Source: an uncultured archaeon (GTDB lineage Archaea > Altiarchaeota > Altiarchaeia > IMC4 > SCGC-AAA252-I15). Taken from it: a stretch of DNA of 64,000 bases. Positions 23,295 to 32,117 of the stretch are shown in pieces. How positions within the stretch are numbered: position 1 is the stretch's first letter; each line of letters opens with the position of its first letter. Below the pieces are notes generated by a model. The model had not been told where the DNA came from and searched no databases. It saw only the letters and a program-made list of their open reading frames with translations. The translations under genes and the position numbers were made by a program. The stretch spans positions 20,774 through 84,773 of the forward strand of contig CAZPLO010000005.1 in NCBI GenBank assembly GCA_964587725.1. Direction: 5' to 3'.

Positions 23295-25751
23295 GTTAGA
23301 AACAGACTAAAGTAGGATTGAAATTCAGGAGGCACACGTTGGAGAAGGAGAAATACTATAGGTTAGAAACAGACTAAAGTAGGATTGAAATTTAATAGGG
23401 TTTGCAGCCTGGGTTGTGGCGGTAGCGGTTAGAAACAGACTAAAGTAGGATTGAAATTGAGGCGGACGTATTTATCACGCCACACCCAGTATTGTTAGAA
23501 ACAGACTAAAGTAGGATTGAAATACATATGCGACACAATTTAAGATATTCCACTTTTTTAGTTAGAAACAGACTAAAGTAGGATTGAAATTCTCTATATC
23601 CTGCCTTGTATCCCTCATAGATGAGCGTTAGAAACAGACTAAAGTAGGATTGAAATCATGATACTATGTTGTTAGTTTTCAAGTCTATGTTGTTAGAAAC
23701 AGACTAAAGTAGGATTGAAATTTAAACGCTAACGCAAAATATAGGAGGTAGGTTTTCAGTTAGAAACAGACTAAAGTAGGATTGAAATATGGTTTTTCTT
23801 CCTCCAGTATCACGTCCAGTATCAGTTAGAAACAGACTAAAGTAGGATTGAAATGGCAACATGCGCCCATCAGTCAACAGTATATCAAAGTTAGAAACAG
23901 ACTAAAGTAGGATTGAAATACTGTCGATGGTGGAAAATACCCGCCAAACAACAAGTTAGAAACAGACTAAAGTAGGATTGAAATTGACACTAAAAGAAAC
24001 ACTATCCTACAGCCGCCGATAGTTAGAAACAGACTAAAGTAGGATTGAAATACTGCTTCAACAACAAACCATAAAAACCATAGTAAGTTAGAAACAGACT
24101 AAAGTAGGATTGAAATACGGGTATGAGAAACAATATCGTCTGAGGATCCCCCGTTAGAAACAGACTAAAGTAGGATTGAAATATCGAATGAGAGCCTCAT
24201 CAAACAACGAAACCTCCGTTAGAAACAGACTAAAGTAGGATTGAAATAGCCATGAAGACAGAGCAGCAGCAAACCCACCGACGTTAGAAACAGACTAAAG
24301 TAGGATTGAAATCCACACAAGCTAACACAATAAACTTAACTATAGATGTTAGAAACAGACTAAAGTAGGATTGAAATGCAACCTCCTGGTCGTTGTTGTA
24401 GCAGCTGCCTGGTTAGAAACAGACTAAAGTAGGATTGAAATACCGTCATATGTTGAACGCAAAATATACGCCCGAGGTTAGAAACAGACTAAAGTAGGAT
24501 TGAAATTGAAAAAATTCAACCCCTACCTGACCGTGGGAATACGTTAGAAACAGACTAAAGTAGGATTGAAATACAATTATCAAATCGCAGCAATAAACCA
24601 ATGTAAGGTTAGAAACAGACTAAAGTAGGATTGAAATTATTCTATGCTGTCTAAGTCGTGTTCGTTCCGTTGTGTTAGAAACAGACTAAAGTAGGATTGA
24701 AATTTTTCTAAAGGCTGCATATGAAAAGTGACTCCTGAGTTAGAAACAGACTAAAGTAGGATTGAAATCACAACATTAACCCCCGCATTAGACGCGACAA
24801 TAAGGTTAGAAACAGACTAAAGTAGGATTGAAATTTAATAGTATGAGCCCCGACGGCGTGGCTGTGCTGCGTTAGAAACAGACTAAAGTAGGATTGAAAT
24901 ATCTTTTTTCATCGTGTATCACCTTCATTTCATCCTCGTTAGAAACAGACTAAAGTAGGATTGAAATATCAATCAGGTAGAAGAGCCCTAGTTCCCCAGC
25001 CATGTTAGAAACAGACTAAAGTAGGATTGAAATAGAAACAGCCTCCACCCCCTGAACCCGTGGAACAAGTTAGAAACAGACTAAAGTAGGATTGAAATAA
25101 CCAGAGCCGGCTCCAGCGGCAGAACAGGTCCCAGTTAGAAACAGACTAAAGTAGGATTGAAATGCACTTGAGCCGGTATTTTCTGCACAGGCTGTGTATG
25201 TTAGAAACAGACTAAAGTAGGATTGAAATTCTTTTTCACTTCTCCACATCTATTTCTCTGCACGCGTGTTAGAAACAGACTAAAGTAGGATTGAAATGAC
25301 ACTAACCAAGGCCACAGCCACAAACGGCTCTAAGTTAGAAACAGACTAAAGTAGGATTGAAATGAATTCCTTCCTGAACACATTAAGCTTGAAGTCTTTG
25401 TTAGAAACAGACTAAAGTAGGATTGAAATGGGGCTATTGTATGTGCTTCCGCCGTCGTTGGTGTCGTTAGAAACAGACTAAAGTAGGATTGAAATACGCG
25501 GAAGCGGTAGCATCCAATTTCGTGCTATTACGTTAGAAACAGACTAAAGTAGGATTGAAATACGCGGAAGCGGTAGCATCCAATTTCGTGCTATTACGTT
25601 AGAAACAGACTAAAGTAGGATTGAAATAACGGAGTTGGTAGTAGTCTTAGCTTAGACGATTTAGTTAGAAACAGACTAAAGTAGGATTGAAATAACGTTG
25701 ATTTGCAGCGTGATTTGAAGTTGAATGGGGTTAGAAACAGACTATTGAAAT
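23295..25751 (+). CRISPR. CRISPR array: 37 perfect repeats GTTAGAAACAGACTAAAGTAGGATTGAAAT, one internally deleted repeat (25730-25751), 37 spacers of about 34-38 nt
   Basis: Counted by hand; spacers 34 and 35 are identical. Confidence 0.98.
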
Positions 25752-26087
25752 AAAATTCTAGTCTATTTCCTCTATGAATACATCTCCGTTGAAAAACCTT
25801 CCAAAAACATATTCTATCATTTTAATGTTTTTTTCTTGTATTTGAAGGTTTTTTCATGTATTTACTGGAATTTTTCTGTGTAGGGGGTCGGGTGCGTCTT
25901 CATGGGTATTTGGGTGTGTGGAGGATATGGTCCCCTTTTTTTGTAGCCGCATTTGGTTTTTAAGTGTGTGGGACCCCCTATTGTTTGAGTCAGCCCAGAT
26001 AGGGGGTATTTTTTAGGTGTTTTGGCTTATTCGTATGGTTTTTATATCTTATTTATCTGTATCCTTTACTACTAGTTAATAGATCTT

Positions 26088-26792
26088 ATGAACATGTCGT
26101 TACCCACTTATTCGCCGACTGATTTATTGGAGGACCATAAGGGTGTTATTTTCACGGACATAGTGTCGGTTAGATATCCTCTGACGAACGCTGGAGGGTA
26201 TATGAGGCGGATGAGGAGAGAGAATATGTTCAACGACATACAGCATAAAATTAACTCACTGTCCATGGAGGAGAGGGAGGAGATACTCAAGGAACTCATG
26301 GCGTTGGACCCGCACGAGGACACACTAATATCCTGGGCGAAAACATACGAAAAACTCAAGGAAAAAGACTTGAAAAAACTCAAGGAAACATTCACTTCAG
26401 CCGAAGCACTATTCAGGGGATCCAAGACAAAACAGGTGGAGATACTGTATGAGATGCTGTCCAAGGTAAAGTCTGACCTCGTTGGAGTCCAAGAATACCT
26501 ACGGCAGAAAGCAGACTACACGGAAGACATAGAACCCCTGCTGGTGATGGACGAGACAATCACCCACCTAAGAAACGCCACAGACATCATGCGTCACGCA
26601 AAAAAAGACGAACTAGCACAAATAGCAGGCATAATCTTCATCCTACTGATTAGACTGGAAAAATACAGGAGAGGGATGATAGACCTGGACAGACTATACT
26701 GGACCAACGCAACAGCATTCAGGATACTATCCAGGGTGAAGAAACCAGAATCCAAAATCACAGCCGAATTAGTCAACATTCTAGCAGAATAA
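26088..26792 (+). CDS. hypothetical helical protein, translationally coupled to the PIN gene
   Basis: 234-aa ORF whose stop abuts the next ATG; no recognisable motif. Confidence 0.6.
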   Translation: MNMSLPTYSPTDLLEDHKGVIFTDIVSVRYPLTNAGGYMRRMRRENMFNDIQHKINSLSMEEREEILKELMALDPHEDTLISWAKTYEKLKEKDLKKLKETFTSAEALFRGSKTKQVEILYEMLSKVKSDLVGVQEYLRQKADYTEDIEPLLVMDETITHLRNATDIMRHAKKDELAQIAGIIFILLIRLEKYRRGMIDLDRLYWTNATAFRILSRVKKPESKITAELVNILAE

Positions 26793-27473
26793 ATGGAATA
26801 CACGATAGACACCAACATAGTAATCGGGGTCATCAGCAACAAAGACAGACTCAAAGAACCCGCACAAAAACTCCTCAAAAACCAAAAAAGCAAGTCAACA
26901 CTTGTTCTGTCGGAAAACGTCCTCACAGAAACCGTTAAAACATTCAGCCAAAAAGCAAACCAGGCCGAGAAAAAAATCACGTCAGACCAACCCAACCTCC
27001 AACTTAGGTGGAGGGGAGTCCTACAGGAGTTGAAGGACATGCCAGACCAGTCAGTGAAAATAGTTAATGCGGACTTCCTGTTCACGGAATTCTACGTCAC
27101 AGGGTGGAAGGACATAATGCCCGACGCAGAATTGAACGAGTTCGACGAAGCAGCCCTCGGGTGGAGGGCCGGCGGAGGATTCATGGCCGAATTCTTCAAA
27201 CTATGCCGGCAGGCCACCGTAAACCAGGTGAAACGGGTGCTCACCCCAAACGGAAGATTCTACATCACAGAATGGGAGCAGAACCTCCCCCACACACTCG
27301 AATTCCTCGACGAAGCAGGGTTCCAACACGAAAGCCGCCCCCTCACAGACGAGGAAATGGAGAAAACCTGGTTCCTCCAAGAAGCAAAAAAGAAGCTCGC
27401 CACAGGAGAACTACCGCCAGAAGCAACACCGGTGAGAATCCAGGCCACCAAAAAACCAGAGGACAGAAGATGA
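26793..27473 (+). CDS. probable chimera: PIN-domain N-terminus fused to a methyltransferase-like C-terminal fragment
   Basis: YTIDTNIVI...LSENVLTE (PIN start) then VKRVLTPNGRFYITE (class I SAM-MTase-like). Confidence 0.55.
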   Translation: MEYTIDTNIVIGVISNKDRLKEPAQKLLKNQKSKSTLVLSENVLTETVKTFSQKANQAEKKITSDQPNLQLRWRGVLQELKDMPDQSVKIVNADFLFTEFYVTGWKDIMPDAELNEFDEAALGWRAGGGFMAEFFKLCRQATVNQVKRVLTPNGRFYITEWEQNLPHTLEFLDEAGFQHESRPLTDEEMEKTWFLQEAKKKLATGELPPEATPVRIQATKKPEDRR

Positions 27474-27536
27474 GTATCTACCTCATACGCCACGGCCGCT
27501 GGCGTTCGCACTTAAATATTGGTTCGCATATCATAG

Positions 27537-27755
27537 ATGAAGGTTGGTGATTTGATGGAGAACGTTACCTTGGATGTGATTAACAGGAATATCAAGCTGC
27601 TTAGGGAAGACCTAGAATACATTAAAGAGCATATGGTGGACATCGACAGTCTGCTGTCCATAGAAGACCGGCAGGCATTAGAGGAGGCTAGAGCAGAGTT
27701 CAGGGAAAACAAGGCCGTAACACTCGAGGAATTCGAGAAACAACTAAACCTCTAA
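27537..27755 (+). CDS. putative antitoxin upstream of RelE
   Basis: Small acidic protein, LSIEDRQALEEARAEFRENKAVTLEEFEKQL. Confidence 0.7.
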   Translation: MKVGDLMENVTLDVINRNIKLLREDLEYIKEHMVDIDSLLSIEDRQALEEARAEFRENKAVTLEEFEKQLNL

Positions 27756-27756
27756 G

Positions 27757-28011
27757 ATGTACGCGGTCATACCCGGCCCCAGAGCGAAAAAGTTTCTGAA
27801 AAAAGCGAACACCAAACTCCGCGAGAGACTCATACCCAAGATAAAGAAACTCAGCCAAGAACCCTTTCCCCGCGGATGCCTGAAAGTAGTGGGGGAGGAA
27901 AACACATACAGGATAAGAGTCGGAGACTACAGAGTACTATACGAAATAAAAGCTGAAGAAAAAGCCATTCTAATCGCAAACATAGACAAAAGACCAAAAG
28001 CCTACAGATAA
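27757..28011 (+). CDS. RelE/ParE family toxin
   Basis: RAKKFLKK...L..EPFP...KVVG...YRIRVGDYRVLY. Confidence 0.9.
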   Translation: MYAVIPGPRAKKFLKKANTKLRERLIPKIKKLSQEPFPRGCLKVVGEENTYRIRVGDYRVLYEIKAEEKAILIANIDKRPKAYR

Positions 28012-28017
28012 CACAAT

Positions 28018-28617
28018 ATGCCAGTCTACCTAATCCGCCACGGCCAAAGCAGATACAACGTCGAAGACCGGTTCGGCGGAGACAGCGGACTAACTGAAAA
28101 AGGAAGGAAGGATGCCGGACGAGCCGCCGCAGTATTGGATGGTGAAACAATCAACACAGTATACTGCAGCCCCACACAACGAACCAGAGAAACCGCCGAC
28201 ATACTATTGAAAAAACACCCCGAAGCCAGACTGGAACCCGCAGACGAACTCCGGGAGATATCATACGGCGTACTCGAAGGCACGGTGGTGGGCGAACTCA
28301 AAAAACAACAGCCGCAAATGCATGAAGAAAGGAAGGAAGACAAGTATCTATTCAAGCCGCCGGATGGGGAAAACTACCAGGACCTCCAAGCCCGGGTCAT
28401 ACCATTCTATGAACAAGTCGCAGGACAAGAGGGGACGTACGTGCTCGTAACGCACCAGGCCGTCATAAGGACGCTGGTAGCCCACGTAACCAACATCCCA
28501 GACCAGATATTCCCGTACCTCGACCTCCCCAACGACCTAGCCTACCTGATAACAGAAGACACCGTATTATACTACCGCGGCGGGTGGCGGACGTTCACAC
28601 ACCACGAATTCAGGTGA
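28018..28617 (+). CDS. histidine phosphatase (phosphoglycerate mutase family)
   Basis: YLIRHGQS, SPTQRTRETA, LREISYG, VTHQ. Confidence 0.92.
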   Translation: MPVYLIRHGQSRYNVEDRFGGDSGLTEKGRKDAGRAAAVLDGETINTVYCSPTQRTRETADILLKKHPEARLEPADELREISYGVLEGTVVGELKKQQPQMHEERKEDKYLFKPPDGENYQDLQARVIPFYEQVAGQEGTYVLVTHQAVIRTLVAHVTNIPDQIFPYLDLPNDLAYLITEDTVLYYRGGWRTFTHHEFR

Positions 28618-28664
28618 AATGAGGACTTTAAACGTATTTATAGCGGGCGCTGGTATAGGTTAAC

Positions 28665-28880
28665 ATGGGCAAAGACTTCAACATCGTCATAGAGGAGGGG
28701 GAAGACGGGTACTTCATATCCGAGGTTATAGGGCTTCCAGGATGCCACACCCAAGCCAAAACCCTCGACGAACTAGTGAAAAGAACCAAAGAAGCCATCT
28801 CACTGTACCTGAAGTGTGAGAAAGGCGTTAAAACAAAAGACACATTCCTGGGCGTGCAGAAAATCACTGTCAGCGGATGA
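28665..28880 (+). CDS. hicB: HicB family antitoxin
   Basis: IEEGEDGYF.SEV.GLPGCHTQAKTLDE. Confidence 0.88.
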   Translation: MGKDFNIVIEEGEDGYFISEVIGLPGCHTQAKTLDELVKRTKEAISLYLKCEKGVKTKDTFLGVQKITVSG

Positions 28881-29107
28881 TGGCTAAACTCCCGCTACTG
28901 AAAGCCAAACAACTGATTAAGGTCTTGGACAAACTCGGCTTCAAACTCATCCACCGGGAAGGAAGCCACATCTTCCTCAAACACCCAGACGGAAGAACAA
29001 CAGTGGTGCCAGACCACAGAGGCGAGGAAATAGACCGCAGACTACTCAACAAAATAATCAAAAAAGACCTTGAAATAACCAGGAAAGAATTCCTGAAACA
29101 CCTCTAA
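28877..29107 (+). CDS. hicA: HicA family toxin
   Basis: LIKVLDKLGF...REGSHIFLKHPDGRTTVVPDH. Confidence 0.9.
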   Translation: MMAKLPLLKAKQLIKVLDKLGFKLIHREGSHIFLKHPDGRTTVVPDHRGEEIDRRLLNKIIKKDLEITRKEFLKHL

Positions 29108-30330
29108 CCAGACAGCACCCTGACACCATACTCCAGCATTTTATCGGCGAATACATTCTTACGCTTCTTTACTTCAGCCTCAGTCTCCCCCAGCTTGGAC
29201 CGGAGTTTGGATAGGTCGCTGCGGACGCCGTCCAAATCCGTGCGGGCTGATTCAACCCTGCCCTCAAGCCTGCGGCGGCGCCCGAACACCTCGATGCCGT
29301 CGAAGGCTTCGCGGGCGGCTGAAAGGTCAGACTCACGCTTACTGTGTTCCTGCCGCAGCGCTGGGGTGAGGTCGTTCAACGCCTCATCCACTTTCGCCAA
29401 ACTCTTCTCCCGGCTCTTCAATTTCAGCCGGCCGGATTCCACCGCCGACTTCAAACCCAACATCATGGAATTGAACTGTCCCTCATCCGATTTCAAAAAG
29501 CCCGCTACGGGGTCGTCCAACAGCGAAGAAATCAGCTTCGCGTCCGGCGGCGAATGGCGGGTGAACTTCCGCAGCACACGCCGCAGACCCCCGACGTGAG
29601 AATGAATAGAGTCTTCAACGGATTTTAGAGCCGACTCAGCCCGTTCCACGCGCTCCCGGACAGACTTCACCTCCTCGCCCTCGGATTCTTGAACAGCCCC
29701 GTGAAGGTCGGACTCCAACGTTTTGAGTTCAGACTCCTTCGAAGCGACGGCTTCCTCAGCCTCTTTTATCTGACTCCCGACATCCTCGGCGGAAGACATG
29801 AGCTGTTTTATGCCGTCGTATTCCCGCTGCAGCGCCGCGTACTCGCCCTCGCCAGTGATTTCCCCAAGCCTCTCCGACTGCTCCAGCAGCCGCTTACACC
29901 TGACCTGGATGTCGTTCATCAGCTGCTGATACGACAGCTGCAGGTAGCGGCCGTCGCCGAAGTTCGCCTTCCCAATCGACTCCAGCTCATCCTTCAGGAG
30001 GACAGAATATCCGCCCGGCGGTTTATCCAAGCCCTCCTCCAACGTGTCGACGGACCGGAGCATGGACTCCACATACGCGGGCTTGCTCGTCGCAACAACC
30101 TTCGCAATGCGCTCGTTCATGCCGTCCGCTTTAGAGGAATCGAGCTTCTGAAGGCCCCTGCGGATTTCCTTGAGAAGCTTCCCAACGTTCTCCAGTATGG
30201 GCTGGGCTTCGGACGAGACCTTTGCGGATTCAGTAGCCTGTTTATCCCGCAGCCAGTCGCCCACCTCACCGAAGGACAGCTCAACCTCATCCGGCTCCTC
30301 CTTCCCGAACAATGAATCCAGGAACCCCAT
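29104..30330 (-). CDS. coiled-coil hypothetical protein
   Basis: Likely start MGFLDSLFG at 30330; long heptad-rich helical ORF. Confidence 0.7.
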   Translation of the reverse strand: MGFLDSLFGKEEPDEVELSFGEVGDWLRDKQATESAKVSSEAQPILENVGKLLKEIRRGLQKLDSSKADGMNERIAKVVATSKPAYVESMLRSVDTLEEGLDKPPGGYSVLLKDELESIGKANFGDGRYLQLSYQQLMNDIQVRCKRLLEQSERLGEITGEGEYAALQREYDGIKQLMSSAEDVGSQIKEAEEAVASKESELKTLESDLHGAVQESEGEEVKSVRERVERAESALKSVEDSIHSHVGGLRRVLRKFTRHSPPDAKLISSLLDDPVAGFLKSDEGQFNSMMLGLKSAVESGRLKLKSREKSLAKVDEALNDLTPALRQEHSKRESDLSAAREAFDGIEVFGRRRRLEGRVESARTDLDGVRSDLSKLRSKLGETEAEVKKRKNVFADKMLEYGVRVLSG

Positions 30331-30394
30331 AGCACACACATAGACGTGAGCAGATAAAAAACCATTTATAAAGGCAGACCCCAACCCGTATACC

Positions 30395-30762
30395 ATGGCC
30401 GATAAAAACGTTGTGGGATGGTTTGAGGTGCCTGTGGAAGACATGGACCGGGCTGTGAAATTCTATGAAACCGTGCTCGGACACAAGCTGGAACGGCATG
30501 ATATGGGGCCGCTGCAGATGGCGTGGTTCCCCATGGTCGAAGACGCAATCGGGACGCCCGGGTCGCTGGTGAAGCATGAAAGCTACAAGCCGTCGGCGGA
30601 CGGCACAGTAATATGCTTCACCGCGTTCAGCGGAGACCTGGAAAACGAACTCGCGAAAGTCGAATCCGCAGGCGGAAAAATACTCCAACCCAAAAAAGAG
30701 ATAGGGGAATACGGGTACATTGCCCTCATAGTGGACACATAGCACTACACAGCAGAAAATAG
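30395..30762 (+). pseudogene. VOC/glyoxalase family gene with a frameshifting deletion near the 3' end
   Basis: GWFEVPVEDMDRAVKFY; frame stops at IVDT* but IALHSRK* follows in another frame; the usual EGNR linker is missing. Confidence 0.75.
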
Positions 30763-30768
30763 GATTAC

Positions 30769-30819
30769 AAACTATTTGCAGTTTATTACAAATAGTTTAA
30801 AGTAAAGTTTAAACTATTT
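30769..30819. terminator. AT-rich nested inverted repeats between convergent genes
   Basis: AAACTATTTG/CAAATAGTTT and AAATAGTTTAAA/TTTAAACTATTT. Confidence 0.4.
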
Positions 30820-31576
30820 AAACTTCCATATCCACCCTGCATTCCTTCTCCAGTTCCGCCACCACAAAATCCGCTATCTTCTCCAAATTGACTGTGTCGT
30901 CGCGGTTGTATGCGACCAGCTTCTTCAACGCCTGCTTGCCCCTGTATTTTTCGCCGGCGACCTCCACCGTCCTGTTGCAGGTGTACGCCTTCCACAGGCG
31001 GACGGCGTCGTAGCCTGACACGCCGTCGCTGCCGCGGCTCACGCCGAGCTGCTTCTCAATCGACTTCAACCCGCCACTGTAGCCGAGGTGGCGGAGGGGA
31101 TACATCAAATCCAGGTGTATCTGGTGGAAACCCATGTTCAGGCTCTTCGACAGGAACGGGAGGTCGAAGCGGCCGCCGTTAAACGACACAATATACTTGA
31201 ACTCATGCAGGTCGTTTCTGAGGTTCTTCATGTTCTCGCCCGCAACGTAACTGCGGGTGCCCTTCGACGAGTGGAGGCACACGGTCGTGACGGTGTCATA
31301 CACCGGAGAGAGGCCGGTGGTCTCGATGTCCAGAAAGCAGGCGTCGCCGCGGAATGGATTGAACGCACGCCAAGTCAAATGGGAGCCAAGGCGGTCGCGG
31401 AAGTAACAGTGGTCGCCGGCCTCCAGACGGCCCAGGCTCTCCAACACCACCGCCTTATAAGGCTTAGACCCGCCGTTGTCAACGTACTCGCCCCAGGAAT
31501 GAAATCCTTCACGCCACAGACGCTTCTCCGTCACCGGACCCACGCCGGGGATATGCTGGAACGTCGACTCAAGCAT
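30818..31576 (-). CDS. YprB/RNase_H_2-like 3'-5' exonuclease with N-terminal HhH
   Basis: IPGVGP, FLDIETTG, SFNGGRFDLPFL, HLDL, GGLKSIE, YNRDD. Confidence 0.88.
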   Translation of the reverse strand: MLESTFQHIPGVGPVTEKRLWREGFHSWGEYVDNGGSKPYKAVVLESLGRLEAGDHCYFRDRLGSHLTWRAFNPFRGDACFLDIETTGLSPVYDTVTTVCLHSSKGTRSYVAGENMKNLRNDLHEFKYIVSFNGGRFDLPFLSKSLNMGFHQIHLDLMYPLRHLGYSGGLKSIEKQLGVSRGSDGVSGYDAVRLWKAYTCNRTVEVAGEKYRGKQALKKLVAYNRDDTVNLEKIADFVVAELEKECRVDMEV

Positions 31577-31635
31577 TGGAAAGTATTAGATGGGGTGGAA
31601 TAAGAGTTATAACCGATGTAGGCCATCAATTAAAC

Positions 31636-31837
31636 GTGAGAGTTAGGGATGTCATCAAGATGCTGAGAGAAGACGGATGGTATGTGGTGGCCCATAAGGG
31701 AAGCCACATACAGTTCAAACACTCCACCAAAAAAAGGGAGGGTAACAATAGCCGGGCACCCAAGCCACCACTTGGCTCCAGGCACCTTCAACAGCATATT
31801 AAAACAAGCAAAGATAAAGAATAACGGAGGGGAATAA
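31636..31837 (+). pseudogene. hicA: HicA toxin frameshifted at an A7 run (31729-31735)
   Basis: VIKMLREDGW...KGSHIQFKH; removing one A restores KKGRVTIAGHPSHHLAPGTFNSILKQA and a stop abutting the hicB ATG. Confidence 0.85.
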
Positions 31838-32071
31838 ATGCGCAAATACCTGATAGTGTATGAGAGGACCGAAGACGGCTACTCGGCCTACACACCGGAC
31901 CTAGAGGGATGTGTAGCCACAGGCGAGACCAAGAAAAAAGCTGAAAAAAACATGTACAGAGCCCTTGAAATGCACATTAAAGGACTAGTGGAAGACGGGG
32001 AACCCCTGCCCAAACCGGAGTCCACATCAGAATACATTCTGTTCGACGAAAAAAACCTGCTTGGAGCGTGA
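31838..32071 (+). CDS. hicB: HicB family antitoxin
   Basis: YSAYTPDLEGCVATGET...ALEMHIKGLVEDGEPLPKP. Confidence 0.9.
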   Translation: MRKYLIVYERTEDGYSAYTPDLEGCVATGETKKKAEKNMYRALEMHIKGLVEDGEPLPKPESTSEYILFDEKNLLGA

Positions 32072-32117
32072 ACGTCGACTCACGCATTGGAAACTATTAG
32101 ATGAGGGGAAATAATAA

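Larger units (their letters stand above)
27470..28045. mobile_element. RelE-type TA mini-cassette bounded by a 28-bp imperfect direct repeat (27470-27497 / 28018-28045)
   Basis: ATGAGTATCTACCTCATACGCCACGGCC vs ATGCCAGTCTACCTAATCCGCCACGGCC (22/28), both encoding M..YLIRHG. Confidence 0.6.
31559..32114. mobile_element. hicAB mini-cassette bounded by a 45-bp imperfect direct repeat (31559-31603 / 32070-32114)
   Basis: 40/45 identity; the repeat covers the start codon and upstream region of the exonuclease gene. Confidence 0.75.

Noticed and set aside
23722-24476. 13-nt match AACGCAAAATATA between spacers 7 and 18
   Set aside because: Short, AT-rich, with unrelated flanks; likely chance
23295-25729. 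Full-length self-targeting spacers
   Set aside because: None spotted by eye within the window; an alignment is needed to exclude them
28618-29160. Direct repeats around the hicB-hicA pair
   Set aside because: No flanking duplication found, so it was not counted among the cassettes
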